Positions 54,960 to 64,000 of a stretch of 64,000 bases of DNA are shown piece after piece (position 1 is the first letter of the stretch; each line of letters starts with the position of its first letter). The notes under the pieces were generated by a model, which was not told the DNA's origin, did no database searches, and saw nothing but the letters and a program-made list of their open reading frames with translations. Source of the DNA: an uncultured Chloroflexia bacterium (GTDB taxonomy: Bacteria > Chloroflexota > Anaerolineae > CG2-30-64-16); the NCBI GenBank assembly GCA_963810095.1, contig CAWEMM010000007.1, positions 224,001 through 288,000 on the forward strand. Reading direction: 5' to 3'. A program made the position numbers and the translations under genes.

Positions 54960-56021
54960 CTAGTGCAACGTGCTGCCGCGCTGCATGCTGGCCAGGGTCT
55001 TCTGGAGCAGCGGGAAGTCCTCGAGCACCATGCCCGACCCGCGGGCGACGCAGCTCAGCGGGTCTTCGGCGACATACACCTTCATGCGGGTTTCGTCAGT
55101 CAGCCGCTGGGCCAGCCCCTTGAGGAGCGCACCGCCGCCTGCGAGCGCGATGCCGTGCTCCATCAGGTCGGCAATCAGTTCGGGCGGCGTCTGGTCGATC
55201 GCCTGGCGAATGGTGTCGATGATGATCGACACGGAATTACGCAGCGCCTCGCGCAGCTCCACGCTGCTGATCTCGACCGCCTCGGGCAGCCCGGTGATCA
55301 GGTTGCGCCCCCGCAACTCGACCGTCATCTCGGGATCCAGCGGATAGGCCGAGCCCGCTTCGATTTTGACTCGCTCGGCCATCTGCTCGCCGATCAGAAG
55401 GTTGTACTTCTGGCGGGCGTAGGCGATGATGTCTTCGTTCATTTCGTCGCCTGCGACGCGGATGGACCCCGCGACGACGATCCCGCCCAATGACGTCACC
55501 GCGACTTCGGTTGTTCCACCGCCGATGTCCACGATCATGCTGCCGAGCGCCTCGGCCACGGGCAGGCTCGCACCGATGGCCGCGGCCATCGGTTCCTCGA
55601 TGAGGAAGGCCTCGCGCGCGCCCGCGCTGATCGTGGCGTCGTAAACCGCACGCTTCTCAACCTCGGTCACGCCGCTCGGAATACCGACGACCACCCGCGG
55701 GCGCGGCACGCGCAGGACCATCCGCTCGTGCACCTTGCGGATGAAGTAATCGAGCATTTTCTCGGTCACGTCGAAATCCGAGATGACGCCGTCGCGCAGC
55801 GGGCGAATGGCCACGATGTTGCCCGGCGTCCGGCCGACCATCTCCTTGGCCTCGCTGCCGATCGCCAGTACTTTCTTCGTTCTCTTGTCGATTGCTACGA
55901 CAGACGGCTCGTTGATCATGATGCCGCGATGACGGACATAGACGAGGGTATTAGCAGTGCCCAAGTCGATGCCGATGTCGAGGGAAAACAGGCCAAGCAG
56001 CCAGTTAAGCGGGCTAAACAC
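54960..56021 (-). CDS. mreB: Actin-like MreB
   Basis: IDLGTANT, EEPMAAAIG, DIGGGTTE, GGGALL. Confidence 0.96.
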   Translation of the reverse strand: MFSPLNWLLGLFSLDIGIDLGTANTLVYVRHRGIMINEPSVVAIDKRTKKVLAIGSEAKEMVGRTPGNIVAIRPLRDGVISDFDVTEKMLDYFIRKVHERMVLRVPRPRVVVGIPSGVTEVEKRAVYDATISAGAREAFLIEEPMAAAIGASLPVAEALGSMIVDIGGGTTEVAVTSLGGIVVAGSIRVAGDEMNEDIIAYARQKYNLLIGEQMAERVKIEAGSAYPLDPEMTVELRGRNLITGLPEAVEISSVELREALRNSVSIIIDTIRQAIDQTPPELIADLMEHGIALAGGGALLKGLAQRLTDETRMKVYVAEDPLSCVARGSGMVLEDFPLLQKTLASMQRGSTLH

Positions 56022-56305
56022 GCGAGATGCGCTCCTGGTGGTGGTAACGCACGCGACCGGTCTCGGAGGCGGGCGTAGCAAGGCGTTCGTACGCAGAAAT
56101 AGATTATAGCACCTCGTGGAGAGATGCCCAAAAGAAGCGTCATGCGGGGCGAATTGGCGGGCGGCGGTTCGGGCCTCGATTCTTGCAGCCTATCCAAATA
56201 ACCGCTGGGGGCTCGGTCGGAGACCGGCCCCAGCGTCTGCCAGATAGGTGCCTAGCATACTTGTTCTGGTTTGGCCCTGAGTCTTGTACGTGCTATCATT
56301 TCGTT

Positions 56306-57793
56306 ATGTCTCAACTCGCCGCACGGGTCGCAGCCTATATCGGACAGTACGAGCTCCTTGCCGGCGCGCGGCTGCTCGTGGTGGGCGTGTCGGGTGGGGC
56401 CGATTCTCTCTGCCTGCTGCACGTGCTCCGCGAGCTCGCGCCGCGGCTCGGCATCGGGCTTCATCTGGCACACCTCGACCACGGCTTGCGCGGCGCCGAG
56501 TCGGACGCGGATGCAGAGGCGGTCCGAGCCATCGCCGGCGAGTGGGACCTCCCCGTGACGATTGGCAGGGAGGACGTGGCCGGTTACGCCCGGGCGCACC
56601 GCCTTGCGCTCGAAGAAGCGGCCCGCCAGCTTCGATATGCCTTCCTGGCCGCCACCGCGGCCGGCGCTGGTGCGTCGCACATCGCCGTCGGACATCATGC
56701 CGACGATCAGGCCGAGACGGTCCTCATGCACTTCCTGCGCGGCAGCGGCCCGGGAGGCCTGCGCGGGATGCTCCCTATCATGCCCCTGACCGAATACCGG
56801 GCGCTGGTCGCTCGGTCGGGCGCTTCCGACGCCGATTTGCTGCTGATCCGTCCTTTGCTTGCGGAACGCCGGGCGGACATCGACGCGTATTGTGCCGCGC
56901 ACGGGCTTGCGCCCCGCGTCGACACCAGCAACGCGGACACCCGCCTGTACCGCAACCGGTTGCGTCACGAGCTCCTGCCCATCCTGCGCACGTATAATCC
57001 GGGCATCGACGAGGTGCTCTCGCACACCGCGCTCGTGATGGCCCGCGACTCTGAAGTGCTGCAGGATGCGACGGCGAGGGCGTTGAGCGCGGTCGAGGTG
57101 CCCGCGCCGCCGGACCAGGCGCCCGCCATCGTCAGCTTTGACCGCCGCCTGTGGCGCGCGCTGCCCGCGGGCCTCCAGGCCGCGACGCTGCGGGCGGCAG
57201 TGGTTCGCTTGCGCCGTACGCTGCGCAACATCAACTGGGAACATGTCGAGCATGCGGTCCGGGTGGGCCAGACCGGCGCGACGGGCGACTCGGCGACGAT
57301 CGCGGCGGGGCTGGAACTGAGGGTGGACTACGACCGCCTGCACGTTGGCCCCGAAGGTGGGCGGGCGGTGACAGATGCACCGCAGGTGGCGGGGGTCGTC
57401 CCGCTCGCTGCGCCGGGCGAGACGGAAATCGGCCGGGGTTGGCGCGTCGGGGTACGGCTGCTCTCCGGTGCCGGGCTGCCCGTGGAGTACGCGGCAAACG
57501 ACGATCGCTGGACCGCGTACCTGGATGCGGACGCCACGGGTAGGGAGCTCGCGCTGCGGCCGCGGCGGCCCGGCGACCGTTTTCACCCGCTCGGGCTGGG
57601 CGGTCATGCCGTGCGCCTCAACGAATACATGATCAATGTGAAAGTGCCTGCGGCGGAGCGGGGGGGCTGGCCCGTGCTCGATGCCGGGTGCGGCATTGCA
57701 TGGGTGTGCGGCCTGCGGGTGGATCAACGTGCGGCCATTGGGTCCGGCACGGAGCGGGTTTGGGAAGTGAGGTTCGAGCGATGGGCGGAGTAG
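56306..57793 (+). CDS. tilS: tRNA(Ile)-lysidine synthetase
   Basis: VSGGADS, DHGLR, HHADDQAET, RNRLRH. Confidence 0.95.
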   Translation: MSQLAARVAAYIGQYELLAGARLLVVGVSGGADSLCLLHVLRELAPRLGIGLHLAHLDHGLRGAESDADAEAVRAIAGEWDLPVTIGREDVAGYARAHRLALEEAARQLRYAFLAATAAGAGASHIAVGHHADDQAETVLMHFLRGSGPGGLRGMLPIMPLTEYRALVARSGASDADLLLIRPLLAERRADIDAYCAAHGLAPRVDTSNADTRLYRNRLRHELLPILRTYNPGIDEVLSHTALVMARDSEVLQDATARALSAVEVPAPPDQAPAIVSFDRRLWRALPAGLQAATLRAAVVRLRRTLRNINWEHVEHAVRVGQTGATGDSATIAAGLELRVDYDRLHVGPEGGRAVTDAPQVAGVVPLAAPGETEIGRGWRVGVRLLSGAGLPVEYAANDDRWTAYLDADATGRELALRPRRPGDRFHPLGLGGHAVRLNEYMINVKVPAAERGGWPVLDAGCGIAWVCGLRVDQRAAIGSGTERVWEVRFERWAE

Positions 57794-58980
57794 TCCAGCT
57801 GGCAAGCGGCAAGGACAAGCCGGTGCGGCAGCGGCACCCGTGGGTGTTCTCGGGCGCGATCCGGGAGACGCGCGGCAACCCCGCGCCTGGCGACGTCGTG
57901 GACGTCGTCGACGACCGCCGGAACTGGCTCGCCCGGGGGTACTACAATGCGAAGTCGCAGATCGTCGTTCGGATCCTTACCTGGGACGAGGCCGAGCCTA
58001 TCGACGAGGCGTTCTGGGTGCGACGGCTGACAGCCGCGGCCGGTTTGCGGTCGGCGCTCGGCCTCACGTCCAGCAAAGACACCACCGGCTACCGCCTGGC
58101 GTTCGCGGAGAGCGACCTGCTGCCCGGCCTGATCGTGGACCGGTACGATGACTGGCTCAGCGTCCAGTTCCTCACACTCGGCGTCGACGTCCGCCGCGAG
58201 CTCCTGACCCGCCTCTTGATGGAGCTATTCAAGCCGGCCGGGATCGTGGACCGCTCGGACCCGATCGCCCGGCGGCAGGAGGGGCTGCGGACTGATCCTG
58301 GCCTGGCAGCCGGGCGCGAGCCCCCGCCTGAGCTCACGATTGCCGAGTATGGGCTGCGCTTTCCGGTCGATCTGCTCGGCGGGCAGAAGACCGGATTCTA
58401 CCTGGACCAGCGCGAGAACCGGCGGATGGTCGCCGCCTTTGCCGCGGACAAGCGGGTGCTGAACGCGTTCAGCTTCACCGGTGCGTTTGCCGTGCATGCG
58501 CTCAAGCAGGGCGCGGCGCATGTGACCAACGTCGACACTTCGCTGGAGGCGCTGGAGGGTGCGGAGGCCGCACTGCGGTATAACGGGTTCGATCCCGACA
58601 CGCAGGCGGATGCGATCCAGGGCGACGTGTTCCAGGTGCTCCGCGGCTTCCGCGACGAGGGGCGGCAGTTCGACCTCGTGATCCTCGATCCCCCAAAGTT
58701 CGCCAGAAGCAAGGGCGAACTTGATGGCGCGCTGCGGGGGTACAAGGACATCAACCTGCTGGCGATGCGCCTGCTCAAGCCGGGGGGCTTCCTGGCGACC
58801 TTCTCGTGCAGCGGCCTGGTGACGCCCGACCTGTTCCAGAAGGTCGTCTTTGGCGCGAGCATCGACGCGGGGCGGACCATGCAGGTCGTCGCGCACCTGA
58901 CCCAGGCGCCCGACCACCCGCTCCTGCTGACCTTCCCGGAGGGCGAATACCTGAAGGGATTGTTGGCGCGGGCAGCTTGA
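57781..58980 (+). CDS. rlmI: RlmI-like class I SAM-dependent rRNA methyltransferase
   Basis: RHPWVF PUA domain, GQKTGFYLDQRENR, DPPKF, FSCS, YLKG. Confidence 0.85.
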   Translation: MGGVVQLASGKDKPVRQRHPWVFSGAIRETRGNPAPGDVVDVVDDRRNWLARGYYNAKSQIVVRILTWDEAEPIDEAFWVRRLTAAAGLRSALGLTSSKDTTGYRLAFAESDLLPGLIVDRYDDWLSVQFLTLGVDVRRELLTRLLMELFKPAGIVDRSDPIARRQEGLRTDPGLAAGREPPPELTIAEYGLRFPVDLLGGQKTGFYLDQRENRRMVAAFAADKRVLNAFSFTGAFAVHALKQGAAHVTNVDTSLEALEGAEAALRYNGFDPDTQADAIQGDVFQVLRGFRDEGRQFDLVILDPPKFARSKGELDGALRGYKDINLLAMRLLKPGGFLATFSCSGLVTPDLFQKVVFGASIDAGRTMQVVAHLTQAPDHPLLLTFPEGEYLKGLLARAA

Positions 58981-58990
58981 GAGCCATCTA

Positions 58991-59103
58991 ACACAAAGGC
59001 ACAAAGGCATAACGGAAAGGTCTTTGTGTCATGGCGTCGTCTCAGGCGTGAAGGACTTCTTGGGCGCGGCAGAAATCGGGTTTCTCGCCGAAACCTGGTT
59101 TCT
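58991..59103. repeat. Two short intergenic repeat elements
   Basis: CACAAAGGCACAAAGG…CTTTGTG and a pair of imperfect AGAAACCGGGTTTCT-type palindromes (59071-59103). Confidence 0.45.
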
Positions 59104-59126
59104 TCGGTGCCTGGAAATGGATTGAC

Positions 59127-59726
59127 ATGACAGCATTGTATCAACGGCAGCCGGAGGATTGGGACAAGGATCTCGACGACCGCAGGTTTGAGGAGCAGGT
59201 CAAGGCCGCGCTGAGCCTCATGCGTTGGCAGTTCCAGGATTTCACGAGCAGCCATGACCTGCCTGACCTCGTGCTCCTGCACCGGGTGGGCGAGCAGCGT
59301 GTCAACGTGGCGCTCGAGCTCAAGGAGAAACGCCAGCGCTACCGGCAGCGGTGGGAGCAGTTGGCGCAGCTGCCCGAGCGGGACGTCCTGGCGTTGGACG
59401 AGGTCGCCGCACGCAAGCTGCTCGCGTTCGCGCCCTACGCGTTTCTGCTGTATCATGACGAGACGGGACGGGGTAGACCTTACGTCCTGTATTCGATCCT
59501 CGACCTGATGTGTGCTCCCAAGGTGCGCGTGCAGCGGCCCATTAACCTTCACGGCGAGCGTCTCAAAGGGAAGTGGCTGTTAAACCGGCGACACGGTCGC
59601 GCGTTCGGCGGGTTGAACGACGTGCTGCTCGATCTGCGGGCGTACGTCGATCACGATCTGGCAGGCGATCTGCACGGCTTGGGCACACACGGCAGGTATG
59701 AAGGGGAAATCGTGGAGACCCTTTGA
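59127..59726 (+). CDS. Hypothetical protein with a PD-(D/E)xK nuclease-like motif
   Basis: FEEQV…HDLPDLVL…VALELKEK. Confidence 0.6.
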   Translation: MTALYQRQPEDWDKDLDDRRFEEQVKAALSLMRWQFQDFTSSHDLPDLVLLHRVGEQRVNVALELKEKRQRYRQRWEQLAQLPERDVLALDEVAARKLLAFAPYAFLLYHDETGRGRPYVLYSILDLMCAPKVRVQRPINLHGERLKGKWLLNRRHGRAFGGLNDVLLDLRAYVDHDLAGDLHGLGTHGRYEGEIVETL

Positions 59727-60936
59727 CGCCCCATCCCGACTCGCCCTCACGCCTTCGCTTTACCCGTTCACTCGCCGCGCTGTTTGCGCTGGCCCTCTTC
59801 CTTTCGTTCTTGCCCGTACACACCCGTCCGGCCGCGGCCGCACCCGAGCGCCTGGTGCTCGCGTTCTACTACACCTGGTTTGACGAAGCCAGCTGGGCCC
59901 CCGGCCGCGTTCCAGACGTGCCGCTGCAGCCCTACATCTCGCGTGATCGCGGCGTCATGGGCCGGCACATCGACCAGGCGAAAGCCGCGGGAATCGATGC
60001 GTTCGTTGTGTCGTGGTACGGGCCGCGGGTGGAGAACAACCAGACCGAGACGAACTTGCGAGCGCTTCTCGACGAGGCCGCTGCCAGGGGCTTTCGCATC
60101 GCGGTAGACTTCGAGGTCGGCAGCCCCTTCTTCCGGGGCGCGGGCGACGTCCAGGCCGCGCTCGGTGCATTACTCGCCACGCACGCCCAGCATCCCGCGT
60201 ATCTGCGTTCTGAGGGGAAGCCCGTGGTTTTCTTCTGGCGGCAACAAAGGTACAATGTGGGCGTCTGGAAGGGGATTCGCGACGCGGTGGACCCCGGTCG
60301 CGGGAGCCTGTGGATCGAGGAGGGCGTCGACGTCTCGCCGCTCTCGGTCTTCGACGGGCACCACCTCTACAGTGTGACGTGGAACCCGCAGACAGACATG
60401 GCGGCGACGGCGCGCAAGTTCAGCCAGCGCACTCGGGCCGCCGCGGCGAAGCTCGGGGCGCCCAAGGTCTATGTGGCGACGGTCATGCCGGGTTACGATG
60501 ACCGCAAGACCGGCCGGGGCAATGCCTTCGCGGTGGGCCGCGAGGACGGGGCCTACTACGAACGTTCCTGGCAGGCGGCGATCGGCAGCGCGCCCGACTG
60601 GATCATCATTACGAGCTTCAACGAGTGGCCCGAGGGCACCTATATCGAGCCAAGCCAGGCGTTCGGGACGAAGTATCTCGACATGACGGGACAATGGGCG
60701 GCGGCGTTCCGCACCGCGGCGCCACCTCCGCCGAGCGTGGCACACCTGCGGCGCCTGCACCGCTCTGCGTCAAGGCGGCCCCGGCGTCCGCCCCGCGGCC
60801 CAAGGTCACGGTTGCGCCGGCGAAGAAGAAGCCGGTCGCCACGCCAAAGCCACCGGCCTCGGCACAGTTAAAGCCCACACCTTCGCCCACCCGAGAGCCG
60901 GTTTACAGGGTTCCAGGGGGGCCCGGGCGTTTTTAG
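59723..60936 (+). CDS. Secreted GH99/GH71-like glycoside hydrolase; frameshift near 60740
   Basis: LAFYYTW, AGIDAFVVSW, PGYDD, ITSFNEWPEGTYIEP. Confidence 0.8.
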
Positions 60937-60954
60937 CAACAGGAGTCTGCCGCC

Positions 60955-61497
60955 ATGATCGACCCGTCCTATATCGCCGAAATCCTGATCCCCTCGGACA
61001 AGCTGCAGGCGCGCGTGTGTGAGCTGGGCGCCGAGATCGACCGCGACTACATGGGCCAGGACTTGCTCCTGCTTGCGGTGCTGAAGGGCAGCGTGCTCTT
61101 CCTCACCGACCTGATGCGCTGCATCAGCACGCCCCATAGCATCGACTTCATGGCAACCTCATCGTACGGCAACGCCATGGAATCGTCGGGCGTCGTGCGC
61201 ATCCTCAAGGACCTGGACCAGTCCATCGAAGGCCGCAACGTGCTGATCGTCGAAGACATCATCGACACCGGGCGCACGCTTGAATACCTGGTCCGCATCC
61301 TGCGCGCCCGCCAGCCCAAGTCGCTCGAGATCTGCACCTTACTGAACAAGCCTGCCCGCCGCGAGGCGCAGGTGCCGGTGAAGTACGTCGGTTTTGATAT
61401 CCCCGACAAGTTCGTGCTGGGGTACGGATTGGATTTCGTTGAGAAATATCGGAACCTCCCCTATATCGCCGTCCTGGCGCCCGAGCTTTACAGCTAA
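60955..61497 (+). CDS. hpt: Hypoxanthine phosphoribosyltransferase
   Basis: VLKGS, VLIVEDIIDTG, FVLGYGLD…YRNLP. Confidence 0.96.
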   Translation: MIDPSYIAEILIPSDKLQARVCELGAEIDRDYMGQDLLLLAVLKGSVLFLTDLMRCISTPHSIDFMATSSYGNAMESSGVVRILKDLDQSIEGRNVLIVEDIIDTGRTLEYLVRILRARQPKSLEICTLLNKPARREAQVPVKYVGFDIPDKFVLGYGLDFVEKYRNLPYIAVLAPELYS

Positions 61498-61498
61498 C

Positions 61499-62479
61499 GT
61501 TCACCCGCGGCTGGCATTCGGCCTCGCGCTCGCGTGCCTTGTCTTCTGCGCCTGGCTGAGCGGCGCGCGGCCGGCACACGCGGACGACCTCGTGATCGAC
61601 CTGCGGCCGCATCCACCGTCGTTTGTCGAGCACGACGACGGCCGAGACCCGCGCGCCCCTGCCACACCCGTCGCCTCGTACCGTGCCACCGGCCCCGCAA
61701 CCATTCAGCGCGTGCAGCTGTCGCCGTGGCCGCCGGTGCAGGGACAGACCCTCGTCGTGACGCTGCAGGCCGGCCGGCCGGTCACCTTCTCGCTCACGTT
61801 CTCGGGCCGGCCAGTTCCCGTCGTGGGCGGCAAGACGGGTGGGTGGGCCCTGGCGCCCGTGCCTGCGCTGCAAAAGGCCGGCTTCACCCCGCTGACGGTG
61901 CGCGCAGGCGACCAGGAGCTCACCGTCAATGTGCCGGTGAGGGCGGGGGTCTTTGAAACCATCAATATCCCGGCTGCCACCGCGGCCCCCATCCTCTCGA
62001 ACACGGCCAAGGTGAGCGCCGAGACGGCCCGCATGACCCGGCTCTTTGCCGGAACGGACCCCGGTGCCTGGACGCCCCGCACCCGCTTCGCCGCTCCGCT
62101 GCACGGAAAGTTCAGCCACACCTCGCCTTTCGGCTCGCGGCGCACGTATGGTAAGGACCCCGCACTGACCACGCACGCGGGGGAGGACTACAGCGCGATT
62201 GCCGGCACCCCGGTATACGCCCCGTCAGCCGGCACCGTCGTCCTCGCCGAGCAGATGTTCGTGCGCGGCAACGCCGTCGTGCTGGATCACGGCAACGGCG
62301 TCTTCACCGGCTACTGGCATCTCTCGGAGATCGACGTCAAGCCCGGCGACAAGGTGAAGCCCGGTCAGCTGATGGGCAAGGTGGGTAGCACCGGCCTGAG
62401 CACCGGCGCGCATTTGCACTGGGAGATGCGCGTGAACGGGATGGCGGTAGACCCGCTACAGTGGTTAGTGGGGAAGTAG
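61499..62479 (+). CDS. M23 family metallopeptidase (start uncertain)
   Basis: HAGED, YWHL, STGAHLHWE. Confidence 0.85.
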   Translation, partial: VHPRLAFGLALACLVFCAWLSGARPAHADDLVIDLRPHPPSFVEHDDGRDPRAPATPVASYRATGPATIQRVQLSPWPPVQGQTLVVTLQAGRPVTFSLTFSGRPVPVVGGKTGGWALAPVPALQKAGFTPLTVRAGDQELTVNVPVRAGVFETINIPAATAAPILSNTAKVSAETARMTRLFAGTDPGAWTPRTRFAAPLHGKFSHTSPFGSRRTYGKDPALTTHAGEDYSAIAGTPVYAPSAGTVVLAEQMFVRGNAVVLDHGNGVFTGYWHLSEIDVKPGDKVKPGQLMGKVGSTGLSTGAHLHWEMRVNGMAVDPLQWLVGK

Positions 62480-62490
62480 ACCATAAAACA

Positions 62491-62518
62491 GCAGCGCCGA
62501 GGCTATGCCTCGGCGCTG
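62491..62518. terminator. Bidirectional terminator
   Basis: CAGCGCCGAGGC-TAT-GCCTCGGCGCTG. Confidence 0.7.
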
Positions 62519-62546
62519 TTCAATACCGGACCCGGGAAGCGAAGCG

Positions 62547-63200
62547 TTACGCTTCGTCCTCGTCCTTCTTGCCCTTCTTGACGACTTCCACCTCGTCCGC
62601 ACCCGGTGCTTCTTCGGTGGCGTCCTCAACCGCTGCCGCACGGGACGGCGTGATCGCGAAGAGAACCTGCTCGCCGTCCGTCAGCACCTTGATGCCGGCC
62701 GGCACGCGCAGTTGCTTGACGAGAACTTCGTCGTGCACGCCTGCGAGGGTCGAGAGATCGGCCAGGAGGCGCTCGGGGATATCGCCCGGGAGGCACTCGA
62801 TCTCGACGCTGTCCAGGTTGCGGACCAGCACCAGGTCGGCGTTGTTGGCCGTGGCCGGAGCAGTGCCCTCGGCGACGACCGATACGCTGAGGCGGACCTT
62901 CTCGGTCATCGACACGGACATGAAGTCGATGTGGAGGATCGAGTGCTTCGTGGGATGGCGCTGAACCTCGCGCGTCAAGACGTGCAGCAGCGGTTCGCCG
63001 GGCAGCGTCATCTCGATCGTGCGGCCACCCGCCTTGTGCAGCGCGATGCCGAGCAGCTTGCGGTCCATCGACACGGCCAGCGCTTCCTGACCCTTACCAT
63101 ACACCACGCCGGGAACGCGGCCGGCGTCGCGAAGTTCACGATTACTATGGCGACCGGCCGCGCGGGGCGTCGCTTCCAGGGTGGTTTTATCCATGCTCAT
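62547..63200 (-). CDS. rplY: 50S ribosomal protein L25/Ctc
   Basis: LR..GRVPGVVYG, EVQRHP, ILHIDF, acidic tail. Confidence 0.93.
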   Translation of the reverse strand: MSMDKTTLEATPRAAGRHSNRELRDAGRVPGVVYGKGQEALAVSMDRKLLGIALHKAGGRTIEMTLPGEPLLHVLTREVQRHPTKHSILHIDFMSVSMTEKVRLSVSVVAEGTAPATANNADLVLVRNLDSVEIECLPGDIPERLLADLSTLAGVHDEVLVKQLRVPAGIKVLTDGEQVLFAITPSRAAAVEDATEEAPGADEVEVVKKGKKDEDEA

Positions 63201-63364
63201 GTTCTCCTTGATGAATGCAACACTTTATTCTATCCAAAGTGGCGGCATCCGTCAAAAGCGGGGGGTCATCATCCGCGGATGACGCTCAAGCTGCCTCCGC
63301 AACAATAGAAAAACCCTGTTTCTGATTGTCGGGGCCTGCCAGGTTGTGGTAGCATGCCCGGGAG

Positions 63365-64000
63365 ATGTCCGCCTCCCGCTTGTCCCGCCTGCTGATTCTC
63401 GCGTGCCTTATCCTCCTGCTGCTGTGGGGGGCTGCGCTTGGCGTGCTCCTGCTCGGCCAAAGCCAGAACGAGTTTCCGACAGGCGCGGCCGTCGACGCCC
63501 GATTCTCGGCCCGCCCCGGCGTGAACCTGACGCCCGCCGACCTGGCGCCCGGTCGCCTGGACGCCGTCCTGGCGGACCTCGCCGGGCAAGGGCATCGGCT
63601 ACGCGCGCTTCACCTTGCCGTGGGACCAGGTCGAACCTGCCAAAGGGCAGTTTGCCTGGGACTCGTGGGACGCGGTCGCGGACTCGTTCGCGCGCCAACC
63701 GGGCGTGCAGCCCGTGGTCGTCCTCGACCGGTCGCCGGCGTGGGCCCGCGCTGCGGTCGATGCGAGCAATCCCGCAGCGCCCCCGCACGATCGCCGTGAC
63801 TTCGGCGCATTCGCAGCAGCAGTGGCGCAGCGCTACGGCGACCGGTTCACGTATTACCAGGTCTGGGATGAGCCAAACATCGCGCCGCATTGGGGCGCGC
63901 AGCCGGCCGACCCCGCGGACTACCTGGGTTTGCTGCGCGAGGCAGCCGTCAATCTCCGGGCCGCCGATCCCGACGCGGCCATCGTCGGCGCCGCGCTCGC
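63365..64000 (+). CDS. Membrane-anchored clan GH-A glycoside hydrolase (GH5/GH39-like), partial, frameshift at ~63590
   Basis: RFTLPWDQVEP.KGQF.W…YYQVWDEPN in the alternative frame. Confidence 0.7.

Overview
GC-rich bacterial chromosomal window, most consistent with Chloroflexota (Anaerolineae/Caldilineae-like: C-terminal 'VYLPIV' tail, many PT-linker lipoproteins, NarL-type two-component systems). At least a dozen genes, including housekeeping mrdA, are broken by single-base frameshifts, which points to an unpolished long-read assembly rather than real pseudogenes. Housekeeping content: glnS, bfr, tRNA-Gln(CTG), mreB-mreC-mreD-mrdA-rodA, tilS, an rlmI-like methylase, hpt and rplY. Accessory content: (i) a CAP / vWA / tubulin-like (FtsZl1-type) operon running off the left edge; (ii) a decayed patch at ~7.9-8.7 kb with a CRISPR-like repeat pair, gene scars and an unannotated 41-aa inovirus-coat-like peptide with its own promoter; (iii) a two-gene module pairing a catalytically dead caspase-family protein (H->W, C->P) with an intact CHAT protease; (iv) a cell-surface protein cluster preceded by long structured leaders; (v) two-component and PP2C signalling clusters. 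The best candidates for undescribed biology are the pseudo-caspase/CHAT pair, the tubulin-vWA-CAP operon, the 41-aa peptide with the adjacent CRISPR-like element, and the structured RNA at ~26.96-27.18 kb. All family assignments are from motif recognition; no database search was run.
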